From the NCBI GenBank assembly GCA_964517975.1, contig CAZFDM010000126.1, positions 1,818-65,817 on the forward strand: a stretch of DNA of 64,000 nt, in the 5' to 3' direction. Position 1 is the first letter of the stretch, and each line of letters begins with the position of its first letter. The position numbers were made by a program, and so were the translations under genes. The DNA is from an uncultured Syntrophaceae bacterium. Its GTDB lineage: Bacteria > Desulfobacterota > BSN033 > UBA1163. Of the stretch, positions 26,951 to 36,984 are shown piece by piece. The notes under the pieces are model-generated. The model was given only the letters and a program-made list of their open reading frames with translations, did not search any database and was not told where the DNA came from.

Positions 26951-29143
26951 CTATGCCTTATTCACTTGAACCACAATTTCCGATGCCATCACATGTCCTA
27001 CCGTTGGATCGAAATAAGTTGGAAGAAAATCGTTATAGGAGAGCCCAATATCATAAGCCGTTTTTAAATGTTTTGAGAAAATCCCATAACCGCTCGGAAG
27101 CCATACACAGGAGGGATGGATCCCCTCAATGAGACGGACTCGGATTCTCCCCTCACCGACTAAAGATTTAATCCTTACCCAATCCCCATCTTTAAGACCT
27201 AACTGCTCCCCTCTCTTTTTATTCATCCATAGTCGAATCAAATCATACCGGTGGCTCAATGCCATGAGGATGGGTTGATTGGCTGTCATGGAGTGAGTAT
27301 GGATCGCCTGTTTTCCATGGAGCAGTCGAAAGGAATGAGGATCCTTCGGATCAGGTGAAACCAAGGGTTCCTCCCACCTTGGAATGGGTGGGATCTCTAA
27401 ACGGTCCAAGGTTCGACAATAAATCTCAACCTTTCCTGAGGGAGTATTTAACTTATCGAATCCCTCCTTCCATTTCTCTCCTACAAATAGGACACCTTTC
27501 TCCTTCAACTGCTCAAGGGTCACGCCTAAAGGTTTGAGTCTGAGCCGATTGGCTTCCTCAATATCAAAACTGAAATACTTGCCCACCCCTAAATGCTTTG
27601 CCAATTCAATGATAATCTGAGTCCCAGGTCGAGTATCGAAGAGAGGTTTGACCACCTGTTGTTGAAGGCTCACCTGAGCCCTCTTTCCACTATGTTTTGT
27701 ATCGATTGCTTCGGTTCTCTCCAAGTAGAAGGATTCAGGTAAGACATAATGGGCTATGGAAGCGGTTTCAGAAAGAACGGTATCGATCACCACCAAGAGT
27801 TCAAGTTTTTTATAGCCTGCAATCACTCTCTTTGGATTTGGATTGGTCCGAAGGGGATTATAATGATACACGAATCCAGCTTTCAATTCCCCCCGAAGTG
27901 CCAATTCTGGAATGGCATGGGCAATCCCATCTCCATAGCTTCCCAAGGGATACCTCCCTGGCACCCCCGTTCCATCCAGTTTACCTATTGTGGGAAGTTC
28001 AGGTGCAGGGTGTTTAGGTTGAAGCTCCCCAAGATTTGCAGTCTTCGGGAAATAGATTCCTCCCTCTCGGTTAAGATTTCCTAAAAGACTATTGACAATG
28101 GCTAAGGCTCGAGCAGTCTGAAAACTATTCAGATATTGGGCTCCGAAGGCCCCATGGTAACCTCTATGGATAAGGGCTTTAGGTTTAACCTGAGCCATCT
28201 CACGGGTGATTCGTATAATCGTTTGCGATGGAATCTCACAAACCTTTTCAGCCCACTCCGGGGGATAATTGATAATCTGTTCCTCCAATTGTTCAAAGCC
28301 CACGGTTTTTTCTGCTACAAATTTCTTATCATATAACTCTTCTTTCACCATCACATTGATCATGGCTAAAAGGAGGGCTAAATCAGTTCCCGGTTTTATC
28401 GGAAGCCATTCATCAGCGAGGATGGCTGTTTCACTGTGTCTCGGATCCACAACCACCAGTTTGGCTCCTTTGGATTTAGCCTCTACGATTCTTTTCATCT
28501 GACCCAGATCAATACCCCCCGCGGGATTACGTCCAATAATCACAATATACCGAGAATTTGATAGATCGTTTGAAGGGAGTTCTCCAACAGTGTATACCCA
28601 ACCTGCATTTCTTGCCGTATAACAGGTAGATCCGTGGGTAAAATAGTGGGGACTCCCCAAGGCATGCATGAATCTTAATGCATAAAGATGGTTTGGCTGT
28701 GGGTAATTGACCCAGAAGATACTTTGAGGGCCATGTTCCAACATAAGGAGATTAATTTTTTGGGAAATCTCTTGATAGGCTTGCTCCCAGGAGATAGGTT
28801 CGAAACGGCTCCCTACTCTTTTTAAAGGGCTTTTAATCCGGTCGGGATTATATAAGTCATGAAGATATCCGTGTCCCTTGGGGCATACAACGCCTAAATT
28901 CCCATTGGCCTCTGGATTCCCTTCGATCTTCCAAAGCCTTCCGTTCTTCACATAGGCATAAATCCCGCATCGATTCCCACATCCATTACAGATTGTAGGG
29001 ACACGAGTGATCGGAGATTCAACCGATGCCTCAACCCATTTCTTAAAATCTATCCATTCGTTCTTAAGGGCGAGAGCACCAGCAGTCCCACCTGCTACTT
29101 TTAGGAAACCTCTTCTTGTAAGCCTAAGAGGGAAACGCTCCAT
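26951..29143 (-). CDS. Tat-exported molybdopterin oxidoreductase catalytic subunit (polysulfide/thiosulfate/tetrathionate reductase-like)
   Basis: RRGFLKVAGG twin-arginine signal, CNGCGNRCG Fe-S motif, 730 aa. Confidence 0.8.
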   Translation of the reverse strand: MERFPLRLTRRGFLKVAGGTAGALALKNEWIDFKKWVEASVESPITRVPTICNGCGNRCGIYAYVKNGRLWKIEGNPEANGNLGVVCPKGHGYLHDLYNPDRIKSPLKRVGSRFEPISWEQAYQEISQKINLLMLEHGPQSIFWVNYPQPNHLYALRFMHALGSPHYFTHGSTCYTARNAGWVYTVGELPSNDLSNSRYIVIIGRNPAGGIDLGQMKRIVEAKSKGAKLVVVDPRHSETAILADEWLPIKPGTDLALLLAMINVMVKEELYDKKFVAEKTVGFEQLEEQIINYPPEWAEKVCEIPSQTIIRITREMAQVKPKALIHRGYHGAFGAQYLNSFQTARALAIVNSLLGNLNREGGIYFPKTANLGELQPKHPAPELPTIGKLDGTGVPGRYPLGSYGDGIAHAIPELALRGELKAGFVYHYNPLRTNPNPKRVIAGYKKLELLVVIDTVLSETASIAHYVLPESFYLERTEAIDTKHSGKRAQVSLQQQVVKPLFDTRPGTQIIIELAKHLGVGKYFSFDIEEANRLRLKPLGVTLEQLKEKGVLFVGEKWKEGFDKLNTPSGKVEIYCRTLDRLEIPPIPRWEEPLVSPDPKDPHSFRLLHGKQAIHTHSMTANQPILMALSHRYDLIRLWMNKKRGEQLGLKDGDWVRIKSLVGEGRIRVRLIEGIHPSCVWLPSGYGIFSKHLKTAYDIGLSYNDFLPTYFDPTVGHVMASEIVVQVNKA

Positions 29144-29161
29144 ATTTCAGATTCTTTTTTA

Positions 29162-29204
29162 GGGGAGATAGATTTATAAAATGGATTTGCTTCTCTATCT
29201 CCCC
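29162..29204 (-). promoter_or_regulatory. 10-bp stem hairpin between rhodanese and psrA genes (intra-operon structure)
   Basis: ggggagatag...(23 nt)...ctatctcccc; no U-tract in mRNA sense; a weak GG-N10-GC sigma-54-like element overlaps it. Confidence 0.3.
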
Positions 29205-29210
29205 TCATTT

Positions 29211-29669
29211 TTATCTTTCTACGGGATAACCGGCCTTTACCCATTCCTCAAAGTGAGCATCCATAAGAACAGCCTGTTTGTAACCCATTTCGTTCAGAGT
29301 CTTTGTGGCCAGGGCTGATCGGGCAGCAGTGAGGCAATAGACATAGATTTTAGCCTCCTTATCTTGAATCTTATCCCAGATCACAAATTCCAACTTTCCA
29401 CGAGAGACATTGATCGCTCCTGGGAGATGACCTGCCTTAAACTCATCTGGATCTCTGACGTCAAGGATGTAGGCCTTCTCTTTTTTATCAATGGCGGCCT
29501 TCACATCAGCCGGAGTAACCTTCTTGATCTCCGCCTTTGCCTTTGCGACCCAATCCTTAACGACTGTGGTTGTCCAGGTAGGGACTTTCGGCTTATCCTG
29601 AGCCAATGAGAGGCTAACCATTGAAAGAACGAAAACCCATGCTAATATCCAAACCCAAACTTTCTTCAT
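29211..29669 (-). CDS. periplasmic single-domain rhodanese (Sud-like polysulfide-sulfur transferase)
   Basis: signal peptide, rhodanese fold with active-site loop YCLTAARS, directly upstream of psrA. Confidence 0.7.
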   Translation of the reverse strand: MKKVWVWILAWVFVLSMVSLSLAQDKPKVPTWTTTVVKDWVAKAKAEIKKVTPADVKAAIDKKEKAYILDVRDPDEFKAGHLPGAINVSRGKLEFVIWDKIQDKEAKIYVYCLTAARSALATKTLNEMGYKQAVLMDAHFEEWVKAGYPVER

Positions 29670-29728
29670 CTTTTTTCACCTCCTTTCTCTACCCAAGGCG
29701 TATATAATTGATAGCGATTGATCATTGG

Positions 29729-30085
29729 TTAAAAGCGATCTAAGTTCAGAAGTTCTTCCAATTGATTAAGGTTAAAGGGCTTGACCAAGTACCCCCGAAT
29801 CCCAGCCTTTAAGGCCTCCTGCCTCAATTCCTCATCATTTTTTACAGTCATCAGAATAGAGAAAATCTTTGGATTTTGACTTATCCATTCTTTTAACATC
29901 TCTATTCCCTCTCCATCTGGGAAGTGGTCTCCACAGAGAACAAGATCGAAAGGAATCTTTTTAAAAAGGGAATCTCCTTCTTTTTTGCCACATGCAACAA
30001 AAACCTCACAGTTTTTCCGATGACTAATAAAATAGGAAAGCGATTCCCCAATGGTCTTATCTTTTTCTACGATGAGTATCTTCAT
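29729..30085 (-). CDS. single-domain response-regulator receiver (CheY-like)
   Basis: 118 aa REC domain, KPF motif near C-terminus. Confidence 0.65.
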   Translation of the reverse strand: MKILIVEKDKTIGESLSYFISHRKNCEVFVACGKKEGDSLFKKIPFDLVLCGDHFPDGEGIEMLKEWISQNPKIFSILMTVKNDEELRQEALKAGIRGYLVKPFNLNQLEELLNLDRF

Positions 30086-30379
30086 GATTTTAAAATGAAC
30101 TCAACGGATACGAACAAAATAGCAACTTTAATGCCACTCTTTCTTAAGTCGGGTATTTTAAAAGGAAGATTGTAAAAACATCTTTTAAATCATGAAGATT
30201 AAAATTTTTTAAAATTTTAACAGGGAAGAAAAGCGAAGCATATGGAGATGAAGTTCTGAGGGATAACAAATATTGATGGAAAAAATTTTGGGATAACTTA
30301 TTGAGATGTTTAAATAATAATAAATCGTCTGTTTTTAAACATTCTGTTTGCAATCGAACATCAAAAATACTCGCGCAAT

Positions 30380-31741
30380 TTATCCCTTTATTCCATACTT
30401 TTCCATCCGGTAGAGAAGAGCAGAGCGAGAGATACCGAGAAGTTTGGCGGCTTGCATTTTATTTCCTTTTTTCATCTTTAACGCTTCGATAATATAATTT
30501 TTTTCGACTTCTTCAAGAATCACTCCCTGGGGAGGGATGACAGGTTTAAACTCTCCCTTGTCTTCTCGTTTTGATAGAAAAGCCAAATGTTTTTGATCAA
30601 TCTGATCCCCTTTTTCCAACAGGATGATTCGTTCGACTACATTTCGAAGCTCACGGATATTCCCAAACCAGGGATAAGAAAGGATGATTTCTTCTGCTTC
30701 TGGAGAGATATGGAAAAACCCCTTTTTAAACTGTTCGTTAAAATGATTCATGAAGAATTTAAAAAGGGGGAGGATATCTTCCTTTCGTTCTCTCAAGGGA
30801 GGGATGGTCAATTTGACCACATTCAGTCTAAAGTAGAGGTCCTCACGGAAATTTCCTCTTTTGATCTCGGACTCTAAATCCTTATTCGTGGCTGCGATGA
30901 TCCGAACATCTGCCTTTCTCTTTTCAACCCCTCCTACCCTGAAGTATTCCTTCTCCTCAAGAACTCTTAAGACCTTCACCTGGGCTGAGGGAGACAGTTC
31001 CCCCACTTCATCCAGAAATAGGGTCCCTTTTTCTGCCGCCTCAACCTTGCCGATCTTCCCCTTTTCCAAGGCACCCGTAAAGGAACCCTTTTCATAACCA
31101 AACAGTTCACTCTCGAAAAGGTCCTTAGGGATAGCCCCACAGTTAATTGGAATAAAAGGGAATGAAGAACGGGGACTCAAAAAATGGATATATTCAGCGA
31201 GGAGTTCTTTACCTGTACCGGTTTCCCCCTCAAGGAGGACCGTAGTGTCTGAACCCTGGGCAACCTTTTCAGCCAATTCCAAAACCTCTCTCATCTTTTG
31301 ACTAACCCCGATGATCCCACCCGACCGAAACTTTTCCTGGTATTGGGTGCGAAGCCATTCCACCTCTTTCTTCAAACGTATCCTTTCCAGTCCTTTCTTG
31401 ATCAACTCCTCAACCTGGTCTAATTCAAAAGGTTTGATAAGAAAATCAAACGCTCCCATCTTCATAGAGGTAACCGCCATCTCAATCGACCCCTGAGCAG
31501 TCATGATGATCACAGGAATATCGGGGGCCTCCTCTTTAACTCTACGGAGCACCTCATCCCCGTTGATCCCTGGAAGCCAATGATCTAAGAGGATAAGGTC
31601 GGGTCTCTCTTTTTTAAATTGTTCTAAACCCTCCTCCCCGGTTCGGGCAGTAACGACATCATACCCAGACGATCTTAAGGCCACTTCAAGAGAGTCTTTT
31701 AGGATAGGTTCATCATCGACCACTAAGATTTTAAACTGCAT
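30380..31741 (-). CDS. sigma-54-dependent response regulator (NtrC family)
   Basis: REC domain, AAA+ GETGTGKE Walker A, GAFTGA sigma-54 contact motif, C-terminal Fis-type HTH. Confidence 0.9.
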   Translation of the reverse strand: MQFKILVVDDEPILKDSLEVALRSSGYDVVTARTGEEGLEQFKKERPDLILLDHWLPGINGDEVLRRVKEEAPDIPVIIMTAQGSIEMAVTSMKMGAFDFLIKPFELDQVEELIKKGLERIRLKKEVEWLRTQYQEKFRSGGIIGVSQKMREVLELAEKVAQGSDTTVLLEGETGTGKELLAEYIHFLSPRSSFPFIPINCGAIPKDLFESELFGYEKGSFTGALEKGKIGKVEAAEKGTLFLDEVGELSPSAQVKVLRVLEEKEYFRVGGVEKRKADVRIIAATNKDLESEIKRGNFREDLYFRLNVVKLTIPPLRERKEDILPLFKFFMNHFNEQFKKGFFHISPEAEEIILSYPWFGNIRELRNVVERIILLEKGDQIDQKHLAFLSKREDKGEFKPVIPPQGVILEEVEKNYIIEALKMKKGNKMQAAKLLGISRSALLYRMEKYGIKG

Positions 31742-31780
31742 GACTTCCTCACTTCACGCCTAACGCACAGAGCCAATGGG

Positions 31781-33310
31781 TTAAGTAGGATTTGAGAATT
31801 TCCCCCCTGGAAAATGAATCGTAAAGACAGAACCTTTTCCTTCCTCACTCTCGACATCAATAGTTGCCCCGTGATGTTCTAAGATTTTAAGGCTAATTGA
31901 AAGTCCAAGGCCTGTCCCCTCAGATTTGGTTGAAAAGAAAGGATCAAAAATCTTTTTTAAAATGGATTTGGGAATCCCTACCCCTGTATCCTTTATCTCA
32001 ACCCCAACCCCATTATTCTTCTCCAAAAAGGTACGAATCGAAAGTGTTCCACCCTTTTCCATCGCCTGAATGGAATTGAGCATGAGATTGATCAGGACTT
32101 GCTGGATCTGATGAATGTCAATCCATACCTTGGGTAAGCCTCGTCCACCTTCAAAGAGAGTAAAGATATTACTCTTTTTAAATTTAGTCTGGAGAATAGC
32201 CAGGCTCTTTTCAACCACCTCATTGATCTCTTCCAGTTTAAAATGGGCCTCTTTGGGTTTGGCAAAATGGAGCATGTCATCCACAATCTTCTGAATCTTT
32301 TCGATTCCTTCCTCCGTGCTCTTCAGAATCTTTCTTTCTGTTTCAGAAAGATTCTTCTTTCTCAATAGGATCTGAGTGTTGATCTTGATCCCGGCAAGAG
32401 GGTTTCGAAGTTCGTGGGCAACTCCCGCCGTCAACTCTCCCAATGACGATAACCTCTCGGTTAGGATCAAACGTTCCTCCGTCTTCCTCAGTTGCGTGAT
32501 ATCCTTGCAGATCCGCGTGGCACCGATGATCCTCCCTTCCGCATCTCTCAAGGGAGAGATCGTCATACTGGTGATGATCTCTCTTCCGTCTTTGGTCTGT
32601 CGTTTCACTTCGACATTGGGAATCACTTCTCCATTCTTCACTCTCGCCATCCACTGATCCATCCACTTCTCTTCTTCTGCTCTCAATTTTTCATCCTTGG
32701 GATAGAGAAATTGGGATACCTTTTTCCCCATCACCTCATCCTTTGGGTATCCATAAATCTTCTCAGCCCCTTCATTCCAATAAATAATCTTTCCTTCAAG
32801 GTCAATCACCGAAATGGCATCCCCTGCTCGGTCCACAATCGACTCAAGGAAGTTCTTCGTTTCGATCAGTTCCCTCTGCAATCTGACCTTCTCCACCATC
32901 AAGGTATATCCTTCGACGGCACGATTCACAACAAAAGGGAAGGCTTTGGCACACTCCGCAGACCGATTGATATAATCGAACACCCCTTCCTTCATCGCTT
33001 CGAGGGAGAGTTTCGGATCTCCTTGGGGCGTTATGAAAATGGTGGGAATTCCAATCCCCGATTGATTAAACTTTCGAAGCCACTCCAACCCTTCACCATC
33101 GGGAAGGGAGTAGTCAAGAAGAAGAATATCAAATTTTTCTTTTTGAAGCATTTTCAAACATTCTTCTCCAGTGAAGACCCTCTCAATATGGTAAACACCC
33201 CCTGAACTCTTTAAAGAATCTTCAATCATCTCCAAGAAAGAGAGATCTTCCTCTGCAACTAAGATACGGATCTCGCGGCCCAAACCTATCTCCTCCGTTC
33301 CTTTACCCAA
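31781..33310 (-). CDS. hybrid sensor histidine kinase (REC-PAS-HisKA-HATPase)
   Basis: N-terminal receiver, PAS, H-box AHELRNPL, G-boxes DTGVGI/GTGLGL. Confidence 0.85.
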   Translation of the reverse strand: MGKGTEEIGLGREIRILVAEEDLSFLEMIEDSLKSSGGVYHIERVFTGEECLKMLQKEKFDILLLDYSLPDGEGLEWLRKFNQSGIGIPTIFITPQGDPKLSLEAMKEGVFDYINRSAECAKAFPFVVNRAVEGYTLMVEKVRLQRELIETKNFLESIVDRAGDAISVIDLEGKIIYWNEGAEKIYGYPKDEVMGKKVSQFLYPKDEKLRAEEEKWMDQWMARVKNGEVIPNVEVKRQTKDGREIITSMTISPLRDAEGRIIGATRICKDITQLRKTEERLILTERLSSLGELTAGVAHELRNPLAGIKINTQILLRKKNLSETERKILKSTEEGIEKIQKIVDDMLHFAKPKEAHFKLEEINEVVEKSLAILQTKFKKSNIFTLFEGGRGLPKVWIDIHQIQQVLINLMLNSIQAMEKGGTLSIRTFLEKNNGVGVEIKDTGVGIPKSILKKIFDPFFSTKSEGTGLGLSISLKILEHHGATIDVESEEGKGSVFTIHFPGGKFSNPT

Positions 33311-33428
33311 GAACCATTTACATGGTCCGTAGGGAATGTCTCTTCCAGTAAGTGATCAGTATCTTCAATTAGAATACCTCATTTTACTTTGGTTGACAAT
33401 CTTTCATCAATTTTTTTAATATGATTTT

Positions 33429-34781
33429 ATGATCGTCCTCATCTTTCTCCTTTTTTTTATGATCGTCGGACCTGCTTCTGGAGAGTCGTTCAAGGAATCT
33501 TCCCTTCAGGTTTGGATGGTGGGGGAACGCCGGTGGACCATTGAAGAGGAAGACCGTTACGCCCAATGGGTTGAAGCCAATCTCACGGAGGATTTCTTCA
33601 TTCGCCATAAAATACCTGTGGACTGTGCCGATGTACCTTATGCGGTCCGATGGATCTATGCGCGGATCGCCCGTCTTCCCGTTGCTGCCACCACCAAAGA
33701 TCATAAACTCATCGGGCACTGGTCCACCCAATGGGGAAACCTTCCCACTCATAAAGAATGGCATAAGGATCAACGGTTCCGGAGGGCCCTTCTCTATATA
33801 CTTTCTGAGACCACCACAAGAACCCTTCCTCTGGACACCTACCCGATCTTCATTGCTCCTGAATCGGTCACTCCAGGGACGGCGTTCTTCATCACCGAAT
33901 CCCATTCTGGGATCGTCGCTCGGATCATCATGGATGGAAGCCATGTCCATCCTGTCCAAACCTGGGAAGCTTCCTACCCTGCAAAGATTCAAAAATTGAA
34001 TCAGAGAAATTTTCTTTCCTCAAGGCCTGAATCAACCACCTATTCGGGTCTGGTGAAGTTTCGCTGGCCGATTTTTGAAAACGGTCGCTGGAGTTACCTT
34101 CCCTCAAAGAAGCACCCCTTCTATTCCGAAGAACAGTATTCCTCTCATTTTTATGAAGGTTATATAGACTATGCAGAGGCGGTAGCCAGACGGATTGATC
34201 CCAAGCAATATGATCCCCAGGAGAGGTTAGAAAAACTTCTTGAGACCATTGCCAATTATCTAAGGGAGAGGATTCCCATCGTGTTGGCGGGTTATCATCG
34301 ATGCCAACGGGGAGGATGTCGGGAAGGCTCAGAATTATGGGAGATCTATAGCACGCCAGGACGGGATGGTTTCATCATGCTTTTAATAGATTATCTCCGA
34401 GAGTTTGTTGAACTGAATCAACTGGACCAAGAGGAGTTAAAAAAGAAGATGGAGACAGTCTATCTTCCCATCTCCAAGGATCGTTTGGTGACCCTCTACC
34501 ATGTCTACCAGAACTACCTTTGGCTCTCCTCCCATCCCGAGGATTCCATCGAGGCACGCTGGGGCTTGAAAAAGTGTGACATGATCCTCTCAAAAATTAG
34601 GGCCACGGAAAGTTCGATCCGATTCATTGAGAGGACTTACCGAAAAAGGGATCCAAAGTATGCCCACTTTGCCACTCAGCAACAACAGGAGATTCTCCAA
34701 AGGCTGATCGAGGAATGGAATCGATCCCAATGCCAAAGGGAAAAATGGCTGAAGGAAACAGAAAAAAGGAGAGGGTTTTAA
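33429..34781 (+). CDS. secreted hypothetical protein, 450 aa, no recognised domain
   Basis: N-terminal signal peptide; long clean ORF; candidate leaderless promoter TTGACA(33393)-N18-TAATAT(33417) ending 6 nt before ATG, no SD. Confidence 0.5.
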   Translation: MIVLIFLLFFMIVGPASGESFKESSLQVWMVGERRWTIEEEDRYAQWVEANLTEDFFIRHKIPVDCADVPYAVRWIYARIARLPVAATTKDHKLIGHWSTQWGNLPTHKEWHKDQRFRRALLYILSETTTRTLPLDTYPIFIAPESVTPGTAFFITESHSGIVARIIMDGSHVHPVQTWEASYPAKIQKLNQRNFLSSRPESTTYSGLVKFRWPIFENGRWSYLPSKKHPFYSEEQYSSHFYEGYIDYAEAVARRIDPKQYDPQERLEKLLETIANYLRERIPIVLAGYHRCQRGGCREGSELWEIYSTPGRDGFIMLLIDYLREFVELNQLDQEELKKKMETVYLPISKDRLVTLYHVYQNYLWLSSHPEDSIEARWGLKKCDMILSKIRATESSIRFIERTYRKRDPKYAHFATQQQQEILQRLIEEWNRSQCQREKWLKETEKRRGF

Positions 34782-34787
34782 AGCCTA

Positions 34788-35174
34788 CTATATTTTCACA
34801 AAGAGCTGAACGGTCTCAAGAATTTCATGAACCTGGAAGGGTTTAGCAATAATCCAATCGACGCCAGATTCTCTAATTTTGTCTTCATCTAACCTGACTC
34901 CCCAACCCGTAACAAGAGCCACAGGGATTTTGGGCGTTCTCTCTTTGATCCACCGTACCACCTCCCAACCATTCATTCCCGGCATCCCCAAATCCGTCAT
35001 GACCATATCGACCAATCCACCTTTCTCGATATAGTTGGTCCCTGATTTTCCATCTGAGGCCTCCACCACTTGGTATCCTCCATAAAGGAGGATATCCCTG
35101 AGAAGGGACCTCACCCGTTCATCATCATCAATGATCAGGATGGTATGAGTAATGGGTTGGGTCTTTTCTTTCAT
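34788..35174 (-). CDS. response-regulator receiver protein (CheY-like)
   Basis: ILIIDDD...DLGMPGMNG...AKPF receiver motifs. Confidence 0.8.
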   Translation of the reverse strand: MKEKTQPITHTILIIDDDERVRSLLRDILLYGGYQVVEASDGKSGTNYIEKGGLVDMVMTDLGMPGMNGWEVVRWIKERTPKIPVALVTGWGVRLDEDKIRESGVDWIIAKPFQVHEILETVQLFVKI

Positions 35175-35180
35175 CTTTTT

Positions 35181-36836
35181 CTATGCCTCCTTTTGATGTT
35201 CAACAGCGGGAAGTCTTATGGTAAAGGTAGTCCCCATTCCTTCATGACTCTCTCCCCAAATCTCTCCGTGATGCCTTTTAATAATTCCATAAGAGATGCT
35301 CAGGCCTAGACCTGATCGATGGACCCCTTTCGTAGTAAAGAAAGGGTCGAAGATACGCTGCTGGATGGATTTGGACATCCCGATGCCATTGTCACCTACT
35401 TCAATAAAAACATACCCTTCCCCCATACCTGTCTTAAAAGTGATGGTTCCACCCTTTGGGAGTGCATCCATCGCATTGACGAAGAGGTTGACTAAAACCT
35501 CCCTAAGTTCAGCAGGGTTTCCCATGATTGGGGAAACCTCTCCCTGAATTTTATGGATTTGAATGGAAATACCCTTCTCCTCTGATTCATCTTTTATCTT
35601 GGGTTTCATCAATTCGATGGTCTCCTCGACGATCTCATTGATATTGAGAGGGAGGAAGGAATACTCCTCTGATTTAGGTCGCGAAAATTCCTGGATCTTC
35701 TTGATGGTTTGAGATCCATCCATGGCTGCTCGTTCGATAATACTTAGCTCTTTCTGAAGGGTTTCTTCTGATATCCTTTGAGCCCCTTGGTCCTTTTCCT
35801 TTAAACTCAATCGAATCAATTGAGCTCTGCCAAGGATTGCTCCCAAGACATTATTGAGATCATGGGCTACCCCTGCAGCCAGTTCTCCAAGGGCCCTCAA
35901 TTTTTCTGACTGAACCATCCTCTCTTCCATTTGTTTCTTCTCGGTAACATCTTTAAAATAGAAAATGGTATGAGATTGGCCAGAGGGCATCGAAAATCGA
36001 GAGGCACTTACCTCCACTTTCCTCTTCTCCCCATCTTTTCGGAACACCTCCGTTTCACGAACCAGACCCTCGTCCCCATTCGAATTTAATACCAATCCTT
36101 TGATAAACGCCTCCTGATCCTTCTCCCTCAGAATTTTCTCTAACCCCATTCTGGTCAACTCTTCCGGAGGATATTGGGTCAGGTGGACCAGCCGTTTATT
36201 GAAAAATTTAATCCGGTCATGCTCATCCAAAACGGTTACCGCGTCATGGGATCTCTCTACAATCTGGCGATATTGCTTTTCGGAGTCTTCCAACTCTTTC
36301 AACTCTATTTTGATCTGTCGGGTCCTCTTCTCAAAGGTCTGAATGAGAAATCCATAAAAAAGGTTGACCACAAAGATGAAAGGAATTCTTAGAAGAACCC
36401 CCTCCTCTAAGGCCTTTTCATCCAGACCCCTGCTCCAGAGAATCCAACCATAAACTCCACAGATGATGAGGGCATTGACCAAAAGCAATTTAAAACTTCG
36501 GGCAATGGAGGCAAAGAGAATAATTAAAAAATAGGCAAGATAGAAATCTGACTCAAATTGACCGGTGAGATAAATTCCTAATGAGATCATGAGGGTATCA
36601 AAGAGTAGAACGACATAGAAGAAGGAGAGTTTTAAAAAATAGGAAGCAGGGATGAAATAGGCCATGAGATTAGAGGAGAGATAAGCAAAGATAAGGAGTA
36701 AGGAAGTAGTTCCAGGAGATAAGGGGCCTCGGCTGAATAAGATGAGATAGGAGGTCACAATGATCGTCACCCATCTTAAACGGAGAACCATACGTTTCTG
36801 GGCGGTCAAATCTTTAAAATCTATTTCTTCTTTCAT
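35181..36836 (-). CDS. membrane sensor histidine kinase (multi-TM N-terminus, PAS, HisKA, HATPase)
   Basis: 5-6 TM N-terminal region, H-box AHDLNN, G-box GDNGIGM/GLGLSIS. Confidence 0.85.
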   Translation of the reverse strand: MKEEIDFKDLTAQKRMVLRLRWVTIIVTSYLILFSRGPLSPGTTSLLLIFAYLSSNLMAYFIPASYFLKLSFFYVVLLFDTLMISLGIYLTGQFESDFYLAYFLIILFASIARSFKLLLVNALIICGVYGWILWSRGLDEKALEEGVLLRIPFIFVVNLFYGFLIQTFEKRTRQIKIELKELEDSEKQYRQIVERSHDAVTVLDEHDRIKFFNKRLVHLTQYPPEELTRMGLEKILREKDQEAFIKGLVLNSNGDEGLVRETEVFRKDGEKRKVEVSASRFSMPSGQSHTIFYFKDVTEKKQMEERMVQSEKLRALGELAAGVAHDLNNVLGAILGRAQLIRLSLKEKDQGAQRISEETLQKELSIIERAAMDGSQTIKKIQEFSRPKSEEYSFLPLNINEIVEETIELMKPKIKDESEEKGISIQIHKIQGEVSPIMGNPAELREVLVNLFVNAMDALPKGGTITFKTGMGEGYVFIEVGDNGIGMSKSIQQRIFDPFFTTKGVHRSGLGLSISYGIIKRHHGEIWGESHEGMGTTFTIRLPAVEHQKEA

Positions 36837-36984
36837 ATAACCCAGTGAGAAGAGTCTTTTTTCCTTCTATAATGATTTTTATTCGGAGAATGACTTATCG
36901 TTTTTAATCTCTTTGCTCCTTTTTTAAAATGGAGTTTCTTAATGGGACATCCCCCTTAAAATTCTTCAAGGGATTGCCTCCTTT

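Noticed and set aside
29144-29210. Sigma-54 promoter upstream of psrA
   Set aside because: Only the minimal GG-N10-GC spacing is present (gGGgag...aaGCa). The match to TGGCAC-N5-TTGCW is poor, so it is kept as a weak note inside a finding and not called as a feature.
33384-33992. 202-aa minus-strand ORF overlapping the start of the 450-aa plus-strand gene
   Set aside because: Fully antisense to a long ORF with signal peptide and promoter. It is Pro/Gly/Arg-rich translation of low complexity with no RBS, so it is treated as spurious.
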